DNA of 63,744 nt, the filler included, from Folioceros fuciformis (taxonomy: Eukaryota): assembly GCA_049999805.1 (NCBI GenBank). It is 11 parts of 11 records of this genome, joined end to end, with 100 filler letters (N's around TTAATTAATTAA, not from the genome) between each part and the next. Parts side by side here need not be neighbours in the genome. Positions count along the whole stretch, not along the records: positions 25,365 to 28,455 come from JBNGIO010001439.1; positions 28,556 to 41,111 come from JBNGIO010001440.1; 9 more parts are not named here. One strand, 5' to 3'. Below the pieces are notes generated by a model. That model worked only from the letters and a program-made list of their open reading frames with translations. It had not been told where the DNA came from and did not search any database. Below are positions 26,025 through 36,313 of the stretch, piece after piece (the first letter of the stretch is position 1; every line of letters begins with the position of its first letter). The position numbers and the translations under genes were made by a program.

Positions 26025-26994
26025 ATGGTCACTCCTGCACAACTGAACTCTCTCATTAGCGGTCTTCAACGGCTCTCCCTACACACACTTGTCAAGACTC
26101 CAGTCATGGCAGCACCATCAAGCACACCTACATTTGCCTCAGATTTCAAGGAGGAGGATAGGTTTAAGGGGTCAAGCTACAATGTATGGAGAGTCAGGAT
26201 GAAGGCCACCTTGCAGGCCAGGGGAGTCTGGACCGTTGCCGACGGATCCTACCCTAAACCCGATCCCAACACTAGTCTTGCCCCCATAGCCGATGAAGCT
26301 ACAACGACAGTATAATCATCCTGAACATACATCAGCTAGGCCCCTTGAGCCACTGCCTGTAGGTCTGCAAAGGAGAAGGCCGCGTTGCAGCAAGAACACT
26401 CTTTCATAGGCACAGCAACACTGCTCGTCTCACACCGACCCCTGAGCTCTGGAAGACAGGCCTCCACAAGGCGACCCCAGCCGCAAAGCAATAACACCGC
26501 CCCGGCACCATTCAGCAGCACCAGCCGCGCACTATGAGCTCCATAGGGCCGCCAGCCACTCGCAGCTCGGACCTCCTCAAGACGGTGCATAGGCTCCACC
26601 GCCCACAGCCATGAACCCTCAACCTTGCACTCGAAGAATGAGGCAGCACCCTGCCCTACGCCCAGGTCATTCCGAGTATGGCGGCGCATGCCCCAAACCT
26701 AATACCGTTAGCGTCTGGTTTAAGAGGAGGTGTTAGAGATACTTAGTACTTATAACTATATTTAGGTATAAGTGCTAGATAAACACAGGCGAAACGGTAC
26801 GTCTGTTGAGGGTAGAATAGTTAGGTAGATAAACTGCTATTTAAGCAGGAACATCAACGAAAAACTTTGATCTCTTTTATTATTCAAATGTAAGACACAA
26901 AAAACTATTCTAAGAATCGCTATGCTCCCTAATCGCTTTTTTCTGACTCACTCTTGCGCTTTGTTCTCACTCACTCTTGCCTTGCTTAGTAACA
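26025..26994 (+). mobile_element. Internally deleted Copia element: gag fragment 26025-26315, PPT ~26722-26730, LTR 26731-26994
   Basis: FKGSSYNVWRVRMKATLQARGVW gag motif; AAGAGGAGG followed by TGTTA...TAACA. Confidence 0.7.
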
Positions 26995-27294
26995 CTCGAA
27001 ACCACAAGATAATAATACATTAAAAGTAGAAAAACAAAAAAAGGATAAAATTACTAAATTTCTAAACCCCGCCATGATGAAGCTCCATACCCATGGTATT
27101 TGAAGAAATCGAACATCATTAGAAAACCCTAATCCTAATAGCTACTCTAAACATAGCGGAGACACCACACTCACTACATCCAAAGGACTTATACTACACC
27201 TTCTAAATGTAAGTACTCTACTGACCAAGGGCCTTACTCTACACCCTCGAGATTTGCTCTACTATGCTCCCTACTAGCCATGGCTTTATGTCCT

Positions 27295-27438
27295 TGTAAC
27301 ATGTGCATATGTATAGAAGTAGAGAAATAGTAATTACCTAAGTAGGTGTATAGAGTACTTGTACTTTGTAACAGTGTGCATACGTATGGAAGTAGAGAAA
27401 TAGTAATCACCTAAGTAGGTGTATAGAGTACTTGTACT
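27295..27438. repeat. ~72-bp tandem duplication
   Basis: tgtaaca(g)tgtgcata..gtat.gaagtagagaaatagtaat.acctaagtaggtgtatagagtacttgtactt x2. Confidence 0.85.
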
Positions 27439-27895
27439 TACTCCACCACATCACTGCTCATTGCCCAAGTTGCATCACCGCTCAAGCTTCGTTACCCCAT
27501 CTACTCCACCACTTCATAGCTCTCCTCTCGTGCTCCATCCCGATTGCCACTCCCACTCCAACTTCCACTCCACCACTCCCCTCTTATGCTCCATCAACAT
27601 TGCCGCTTCCACTCTTACCACTCCCGAATACTCACAAAATAATTAGGGGTAACTAAACAAGATTGAAAACACCTCTCAAAAAGCTTTCATGTGCATTGCG
27701 TTGAAGTGTTATGCTTTCTATCTAAAAAAGGTAATGGTCATTAGCCAACAACTATATTTCTCCTGCTCTATGTTTGTAGCAAGCACGATTATCATGAGCG
27801 CCCTGATTTCATTACTTATTGTTCGACCAAGTCAACTTCAATGTTCTAAGACAATTTGGCCGAGCCAAGTTGTCTCCTTCTAGCACCGCTTATTT

Positions 27896-28455
27896 TGCAT
27901 ACTTCTAATGAGTCCATCCTCTGCATACTTCCAATGAGTTTGCATACTTCCAATGAGTCTGTGTACTTCTAATAAGTCTGCATACTTTAAATAGGTAGTC
28001 TACATACTTCCAATGAGTCCATCTTCTGCATTCTTCCAATGAGTCTCTATACTTCTAATAAGTCTGCATGCTTCGAATGAGTAGTCTGCATACTTCCAAT
28101 GAGTCCATCTTCTGCATTCTTCCAATGAGTCCATCTTCTGCATTCTTCCAATGAGTCCATCTTCTGCATTCTTCCAATGAGTCCATCTTCTGCATTCTTC
28201 CAATGAGTCTCTATACTTCTAATAAGTCTGCATGCTTCGAATGAGTAGTCTGCATACTTCCAGTGAGTCCATCTTCTGCATACTTCCAATAAATCTCTAT
28301 ACTTCTAATAAGTCTGTATACTTTGAATGAGTAGTCTGCATACTTCCAATGAGTTAATGTTTAGCATATTTCCAATGAGTTAATGTTTAGCATACTTTCA
28401 ATGATTCCATGTTTAGCATGCTTTTGATGAGTCGATGTTCAACATACTTCCGATG
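27896..28455. repeat. Minisatellite built on an xCTTCCAATGAGT core with higher-order structure (19-26-bp variants)
   Basis: Runs of ttcttccaatgagtccatcttctgca interleaved with recurrent variant blocks. Confidence 0.92.
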
Positions 28456-28555
28456 NNNNNNNNNNNNNNNNNNNNNNNNNNNNNNNNNNNNNNNNNNNNT
28501 TAATTAATTAANNNNNNNNNNNNNNNNNNNNNNNNNNNNNNNNNNNNNNNNNNNN

Positions 28556-29899
28556 GGGCAGCTGAAGGCCGTGACCGGGGTCGGGCTGGTGTCGGATGTG
28601 TTTGACGAGGAGAAGCTGGAGAGTTTGCGAGGATCTACTGCCATTGGGCATGTGAGGTATGCCACGGCAGGGGGATCCTTGCCGGAGAACGTGCAGCCGT
28701 TCTTGCGTGTGTGCAGGTTTGGTGCGGTAGCTGTGGCGCACAATGGGAACCTCGTGAATGGGAAGGAATTGCGGGACAGGTTGGAGGAAGCCGGCTCGAT
28801 TTTCAAGAGCTCGTCCGACACCGAGGTGGTGCTGCATCTCATGGCCAAGTCCTCGCAGCAGCATTTCCTGGCACGGGTGGTGGAATCATGCGAGCAGCTG
28901 GAAGGCGCGTATTGCATGTTGTTCTTGACGGAGGACCAGCTGGTTGCGGTGCGAGATCCTTACGGCTTCCGGCCTTTGGTGATGGGAAGAGACGAGAGTG
29001 GAGCTGTGTATTTTGCGTCAGAGACATGCGCGCTGGACATGATCGGAGCTACGTACGAGAGGGAGGTGGATCCGGGAGAAGTGGTGGTGGTGGACAAGGA
29101 TGGAGTTAGCTCGTCTTACCTCACAGCGAAGCGGGAGCGGAAGTCTTGCGTTTTCGAGCTCATTTACTTCTCGTCATCGGTGTCCAGGGTGTTCGGCAGA
29201 TCCGTCTACCAGGCTAGACTAGGGTTTGGACGGATTTTGGCAGAGGAGAGTCCAGTGGAGTGTGATGTGGTGATTGCGGTTCCCGACTCAGGTGTGGCTG
29301 CAGCCATCGGGTACGCCAGCAAGGCGGGAGTCCCCTTCCAGCAGGGGCTGACGCGTTCGCATTACGTGGGCAGGACTTTCATCGAGCCAACCCCGCGGCT
29401 CAGAGACCTGGCAGTGAGGATGAAGCTCTCTCCGGTGAAGGAGGTCTTGGCAGGGAAGAGAGTGGTTGTGGTGGACGACTCCGTTGTGAGAGGCACAACT
29501 TCAAGTAAGATTGTGAGGATGATCAGAGAGGCTGGGGCATCTGAGGTGCACATGAGGATTGCAAGTCCGCCAGTTATCGCATCGTGCTATTATGGGGTGG
29601 ATACCCCGAATCGTGAAGAGCTCATCTCTTACAGGCTCAATATCGAGGACACCAGGAAACAAATAGGGGCGGACAGCTTGGCCTTCTTGCCCCTGCACAG
29701 GCTGAAGGATCACCTTGGCGATGAACATTCTTCTTTCTGCTTTGCCTGCTTTTCTGGCGACTACCCTGTGCTCACAACAGCTATGGTTGAGAGGGAAGCT
29801 CGTTACAAGTCTGCCACGGTGGTTGGGGAACATGATCATGAGTCTCATGTTCCCCTAAGACTGCCGGCTTATCGGATCTTGGCAGCTTCGACCTCTTAA
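28556..29899 (+). CDS. purF: Amidophosphoribosyltransferase (glutamine PRPP amidotransferase), 5' truncated
   Basis: IGHVRYATAG, AHNGNLVN, SDTEV, RDPYGFRPL, VPDSG, VVVDDSVVRGTT, CYYGVDTP, C-terminal CFACFSGDYP. Confidence 0.96.
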   Translation, partial: GQLKAVTGVGLVSDVFDEEKLESLRGSTAIGHVRYATAGGSLPENVQPFLRVCRFGAVAVAHNGNLVNGKELRDRLEEAGSIFKSSSDTEVVLHLMAKSSQQHFLARVVESCEQLEGAYCMLFLTEDQLVAVRDPYGFRPLVMGRDESGAVYFASETCALDMIGATYEREVDPGEVVVVDKDGVSSSYLTAKRERKSCVFELIYFSSSVSRVFGRSVYQARLGFGRILAEESPVECDVVIAVPDSGVAAAIGYASKAGVPFQQGLTRSHYVGRTFIEPTPRLRDLAVRMKLSPVKEVLAGKRVVVVDDSVVRGTTSSKIVRMIREAGASEVHMRIASPPVIASCYYGVDTPNREELISYRLNIEDTRKQIGADSLAFLPLHRLKDHLGDEHSSFCFACFSGDYPVLTTAMVEREARYKSATVVGEHDHESHVPLRLPAYRILAASTS

Positions 29900-29976
29900 C
29901 AATCAGCCGACCAGGGGGGGCTGGTGAAATCGTCTCTGCTGACAGCTTCGACCTCTTAGCAATCAGCCGACCAGGG
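29883..29976. repeat. ~60-bp tandem duplication spanning the purF stop codon
   Basis: cagcttcgacctctta.caatcagccgaccaggg twice. Confidence 0.85.
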
Positions 29977-30719
29977 CTGGAGAAACCGTTTCTGCTGATC
30001 CTGTCTCACGGTTGTACTTTTCTCGAATCTATAGGCCGACAGAACGGATGTGCCCGGAACTGGCATACCACGGCGGACCAAGGGGCTGGCATTTAATTGT
30101 TTTATCATATTCTCATTTTTTCATGAAGTATCTTGGGATATCTGTATTCGACTTATGAGGGGGTTGAGTTGAGGCGGTCCGTTCCTAGACCACCTTTGCT
30201 TTTGTTTCCGTTCCCGTTCGGGGAGTGGAGCACACACACAAATCCGCTTGGCAGGCAAAACCAAATATCATAAACACGAACACAAGCTCATTGAAGTAGC
30301 ACTCCTAGGGGCAAAACCAAAAACACGAACACAAGCTCATAGGGATAGACTCTCCCTCCCCAGGGATACCAGTATATTCTACCTCGATTCTCGGATTCAT
30401 GGTCCTTGGTCCTCCAAACAAAGAGGTCATTCCATTCCAGCAAACAGGACACATAAAGCAATACAACATAGGAACTTCAGGATTTCTGTCAAAGATTGAG
30501 GTCTGGCTTTAGGCTTGCCAGCAATTTAGAGTTGAGTTCGGATTCGGACCTGACACGTCCAATGACGAAGCTAATTTCGTAGCCCTTTCCTTGATTTCGT
30601 CCTGCTGGTGCATCGTGAAGAAAGGCCTATGGTTTGGACTTCAAAGCTGTTCGATGCGAACTTGTCAACTCCCTGGTCGGTGAAGGCTTCGATGTGCGCA
30701 ATGGAACTTGTTTGCCTCA

Positions 30720-33240
30720 TCAAATTTTTTGGTTCTTAGTCACTTCAGTTGGGAACTTGGTTTCCACTTTCTTGTCAGGGATGCTCCCAATCCGTGGTTC
30801 TGGGCAGCACCACTCTCCGATTTGCCTTCGGAAGATGATCGCCAGGATCACGAGTACTAATACAGATACGCCGGCCCCCACAGCCCCTGCTACATAGTGA
30901 CCTGTCCTCTTGCGTGCCAGAGGCGGGGCTGGGATCCCTCCACATGAAGAGCAGCACGCCACGTCTGTGAATCCATTCTGCCGATCTGTCTGGAGACAAA
31001 TTCCGGTGGAGGACCCACTGCCACAGGTGCTGGATGGGTCGGGTGCCTGCAGACAGGAGCTGTCAGGGAGTGTGTGTGGGCACAAGGGTGCATGCTCAGT
31101 TCTCCTTTGAGAAGTGCGCTTACAGGAAGTGCGCATGACAGACTAGCGCCTGAAGCAGCAGGGTTTGTAACCACTACCCCACCGCTCCTGCTCTGCAAGC
31201 CAGTATCGATCGAGCCTTGAAGCAGAAGACTGAGGGATGACTTTTGGACCTCGATGCCTGCGACTCCAATCAACTCCAGGCCATCGCTTGTCATAACTGC
31301 AGTGAAGCTGGATGAGACCTTCCATCACCGTGGATCAAGAAGGAAGGGCCTGGCGTGGAAATGCAAGTACCTGGGTACGTGACTTCGATGACCGGACCCA
31401 GTCCGTCGTAGTCGGTGTATTTCCCTTGCCAGTAGGGCTTAGGAAAAGCTGCTATGTGGGCTCGAGCAAAGAAAGAAAACAGAGATCGGATTCCAAACAG
31501 AGGATTTTGCAGGTTGGCTACTACCTCGTAAGAACCTCCTACGGCGCACGCAATCTTTGTGAGATTGGCCATGGCTGAAGGGCTTGCTACTCCAACGCTG
31601 TACATGAGGACTTTCACCTGTTGCTTCACAATCTCTTGGACGACGGGATGTAGCTCCTCCACATTGACATGGTTCCCAAAGTTTCCATCCGTCAAAACCA
31701 CCACCACCTGTCGTAGATGGTGTCGGAGTGAGACTTCTCCCGGAAAAGAGAGTATCGACAAACGAAGTCCAACCTTCTGGTTAGTGCAGAAACTGTCGTC
31801 GGGGAATCATTGCCTTGATTGCATCTGGTGGGGCTGGTGCAAGCAGAGCTAGCGCTGAAGATAATCCAGCAGTGTAATTGGCTGCTGCTTGGTTGCTGGA
31901 CACCTCTAGTCCGTCCACGGCCTGGATCAGACTGAGCAGTTCTGCGCTGCTCTGATCCAATCCTGTGGGTGGAACAGAGAACTGGAGGCACAGGCGCAGG
32001 AAAAATTATGCGGGAAGTTTATCACAGTGATCCTAGCTATAACACTGCTTCAGTAACCATGAAATGTGAGAGCTTGCCTTGACACCCAACTGGACCGCTG
32101 TGTTATTGCCGTCGAAGGTGATCACGGAAGCTTCATCTGCTGATATCAGTGTGTTCAACAGATTCATAGCAGTGGTTTGGCAGATCTGCAGATATGACGA
32201 CGCCGTAGTGACTGCTCCCTGTATCCCTTGCATGGAGTAACTGGAGTCCATTAGGATGACAAGACTCTTCTTTACACCAATACCTCCATTGTACCTGCTC
32301 AACGTAAAGGCAAAGCCATGTTACAGGTGATTCAGGCTTGGTGCAACTCCCTACTCCTTTGGAAACATTTATAGACTGCTTCCTTACCAGGGCCGTTGTC
32401 TCACATCATAAATGTTGCAATTTGGCACAGCCTAGGTATCAAACCAGCCCAATTGCACGATGAGATCTTAGCGACCTGAAGAGGGCAAGAGTGAAAGGGC
32501 TTGGCAGAGGGTTGTCATGTGCCATCTCACCCTGCCAGGATAGAAGCGATGGGCACCTTCCACGGTTCCCAGGGCATAGTTGAAAAACTCCGTACCCTTT
32601 CTGCTAGAGTCCACGGACTTGAAGACACTGTCATCCAGCACACGCTGAGAGCAGATGGCATTCTTAACTTCCGGAGGAAGTCCTCCTATGTTGCTAATAG
32701 GTGCCCTGTCCTTGAAGGATTAGCATGGGTGGGCTGGTGAACGAAAGATTCCAAGACACGCAACCTCGGATCTCACCTCACATAACTCCTCTCGTAGGTC
32801 ACCAACCCATAGTTGCAAACAACGCCATTCCCATCTTTGCAACTTGTGTTGTTCATGATGGAAGCACACACCAGATTGCGAAGGTCCCCCTGCACATAAT
32901 CGCAAGCTCCTCTGGAGCAATTTTGCGGGGAATCACATGCTGCCACAAGCTCTGCAGTCTCCACAGCCCACACAGAACCCCCCCCAGTCAGCAAGTGAAC
33001 TCCTGCTCAGAGTTGCTGCTAGTACGTGACGCATGCCGAATCTCGCTTACCGCAGGTATTTTCATGATTTGTTCTAGCCTGTGCGGCTATTAGCTGCACC
33101 TCCTGCTCCTTCTCATTTAAAAATGCGTCGATGCCAGAAGAACTGGCCGAAGGGCTAGGGACTTGTCCACCAGCGCGCAGGCAACCACAACACGTGAGCA
33201 CCAGGTATACCCATATCAAGCTTGCTGACCGTGTAGCCAT
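30720..33240 (-). CDS. alpha2delta/CACHD1-like type-I membrane protein (signal peptide, Cys-rich N-terminus, split dCache with inserted VWA, TM helix); about 9 exons
   Basis: GTVEGAHRFYPG, YDVRQRP|WY, KSLVILMDSSYSM (MIDAS), VVVLTDG, YWQGKYTDYDGLGPVIEVTYP, LIGVAGIEV, TM YVAGAVGAGVSVLVLVILAIIF. Confidence 0.85.
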
Positions 33241-34205
33241 AGCCCAGTTCTCAGAAGATGAGTCCGAATTGTCTCCAACAAGCGCACACGGTTGAAGTTC
33301 TCACTCCTCCAATCTCACCAACAGCACAGTGTCCAATTAGACGAGATCAAGTCAATCCGTTCTTTCATGTGGAGTGCTGGACACGTCAACTGACATGCTT
33401 ATTTCACTGGTAGGAGACGTGAAAAAGAAGATAGCAAGAGCAATCCACCCAAGAAACAGGAAATAACCTTGATGAGGGACGCCCTCCGTTCTTCCCTATA
33501 TTGTAGCTGACTAGAGAAGGATTAATTGGAGAGTAATTACGAAAGCTTCGCCAATGGTCAACTCTCCGCAGTGTTGCCTTGAACATTGTGGATTTGTGTT
33601 CACGGAATAGAGACCGTGCAGTGTTGAGGCCAGCCTCTCCTTTCTTCTGGTTCATGGGGTCCTACCCCAGACCGTACAATAAACCGTGTGAGCTCCTGCC
33701 GGAGAAGCAAGTATCTGCGGCTGCACCCACCAAGGTATGCGCATTCTTGCTCCTGCTGAAAGTGGACGACACGATATCCGGGTTTGCGGATTTAGAGCTG
33801 AGCACCTTGTCGATTGGATTGAATGTTGATCTGCCACTTTCTTGCGTTCATCCTTTTTTGAGTGCTGTGGTAGGAAAGAATTTGATGGGGCTTCAACGTC
33901 CACCAAGGCTATCTGCGAGAGAGATTCGTGCCAGTCGTGCAACAGAAGATGGAGAAATGTTGACGACGTGATCGTTATTGCTCAGGAAGAATCACTTCAG
34001 CCAAACCGGGACATGGGTCCCGACCAATCGACGCCTGCAGGAGCTAGTGTGGCCGGGACAGGGAGCTTAACGGGGGTCGCCATGATGCCCCTGAACCAAA
34101 GAGGGAATCCAGTTTGGGCTGGGCTTGGGAAACGAGATTGAAAAATCTGAAAGTGTCTACTCAAGATACGCTGGGATGAGGAGGCGGGGCGAGGAAAACC
34201 CCGAC

Positions 34206-36098
34206 TCAGAGCTGGAAAGCAGATGCTCTACCCTCAGGACCCTGCATCGTGTGTGGGAGCGAAGGAAGAGCGTTCTCGCCGTGGCAAATGGCAATACCTA
34301 GATAGATGACTTCGATGGCGGGTCCCAGACCGTCGTAGTCGGCGTATTTCCCTTGTCCCTTTGCGACATCGGCTCGAGCATGGAAGGCAAGGAGAGATCG
34401 CACTCCTATGAGAGGATTTTGCGGGTTGCCTACCCTCCCACGGTGCACGCAATCTGTGTGAGATAGGCCATGACTGATGAGCTTGATATTCCAACACTGT
34501 ACATGAGGTCTTTCACCTGTTGCTTCCCAAGTTCTTCGAGGACGGGATTCTGCTCTTTCACATTGACCTGGTCCTCGGGATTTCCATCCGTCAACACTTA
34601 TCATCACCTGTTGCACAAGATTCAGCAGTCAGAATTCTACCACTAAGGAGGGTACCGGTATCCTGACCTTTGTCAAGCGTAAAAGCCGTCTGGTGTAGGA
34701 TCATAGCCTTGATCGCATCTTGTGGTGCTGCGTCAAGACGAGAGAGAGCAGTAACAAGCCCAGCATTATAATTGGTCGCTCCTTGGGTGCTGGAGACGTG
34801 TAGACTTTCCACGGACTGGATCAGGTCGAGCAGTTGCGTGCTGTCCAGATCTTGACCTGTGGGTAGAACAGTGAGGTGGATCCACCGAGGTGGTAAGAAT
34901 CTTTCGCACAGCCTATGGTGTAAACACAGAGGGCTGAGTAAACGTGCAATGTGAGAGCTGGCCTTTGCACCCAACTTTATCGCGGTGTTACTGCCGTCGA
35001 AGATAAGCACTGAATCTTCATCTGTTGCTATAAGTGTGCTCAACAGCTTGACAGCAGTGGTCTGGGAGACCCGCAGAAATGACGACGCAGTAGTGACTGC
35101 TCCCTGTATCCCTCCCATGGAATACATTGAGTCCGTTAGAATTACAAGACTCTTCGTCACACCAATGCCTGCATTGTACCTGTCCAACGTAGTGGCATAC
35201 CCACGTTGAAGGTGGCACTAACTCAGGCGCGACCCACTGCCCTTAGAAGCATATCCAGACTCATTGCTTACCAGGGCCGTTGTCTCACATCGTAATTGTC
35301 GCAACCTGCCACAGCCAGAGAAGAAAACCATCCCAGGATGAGGTGCTGCAAGAGGCCAACTGTGAAAGGGTTTTACGAGGCCTTCTGCGGTAAGTAATAC
35401 CGCCAGGATAGAAGCGAAGGAGACCTTCTACGCTGCCCAGGCCGTAGCTGAAAACTCAGTACCTGTTCAGCGAGGCTCTAGAAACTTGAAGACATTGTCA
35501 TCCAGCACATGCTGAGAGCAGGTGGCATGCTTGACTTCGGGAGGAACTCCACCTAAGTTTTGAATGGGTAGTACCCTATACATATTTGCTCAGCATGGAT
35601 GCTCTGGTGAACCTTTGACCCTGGGGTACGTAACCTCGGATCTCACCTCACATAACTCCTGTCGTATGAAACCAACCCATACTTGCACACAGCGCCATTC
35701 CCATCTTGGCAACCTGTGTGGTTCATGATAGTCGCATACGCCACATTTCCTCGGTCCCCCAACACTTATTGGCAAGCTCCCCTGGAACGATTTTGCAGGG
35801 AACCGCATGTTGTCACCAGCTCTGCATTCTCCACAGTCCACACAAAACTCCCCAGTCAGCAAGAAAACTCTTTCACACGGTGCAGCTAAGTACCATGTCT
35901 CAATCTCGCTTACCGCAGGTCTTTCCATGGTTTTCTCCAGCCTGTTGCGCTATCATCTGCACCTGCTCATCCTTCTCATCCAAGAATGCGCCAATGGCAC
36001 GCAGACTGGCAGATGAGCTGGGAACTTGCCAACCAGCAAAAAAGCTCCAGCAATTTATGAGAACCAGGTAGTACACCAACATCCACCTTGCTGGCCAT
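34206..36098 (-). pseudogene. Tandem pseudogenised paralog of the alpha2delta-like gene
   Basis: Exon-by-exon similarity to 30720-33240; in-frame TAA in exon 2 (~35766-35768); frameshifts/deletions near 34300-34600; no TM exon. Confidence 0.85.
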
Positions 36099-36313
36099 TC
36101 AATATTTATATGCACAAAAGCACAAAAGCTCACAAGGTTCTTATCCCACGTTTTGGTTGACCAACTGCTTGAACGCATTCACATCCCTGCAAAGCTTTTC
36201 ATACTGCGATAATCAGGCAACTAGGAAAGCTTGATTGAGAGTATTGTATTCCATTCAACATCTCTACCAAGAAAAGTTTGCCCCATGCGTCGGACTTTGT
36301 GCCCATTCAGCAT

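Noticed and set aside
28000-28289. Repetitive ORFs (MEECRRWTHWK...)
   Set aside because: Translation artefacts of the minisatellite
27896-28455. CRISPR-like array
   Set aside because: No unique spacers; the units are contiguous variants of each other; no cas genes; eukaryotic context
33404-34141. Short ORFs between the two alpha2delta-like copies
   Set aside because: No recognisable domain or consistent splice model
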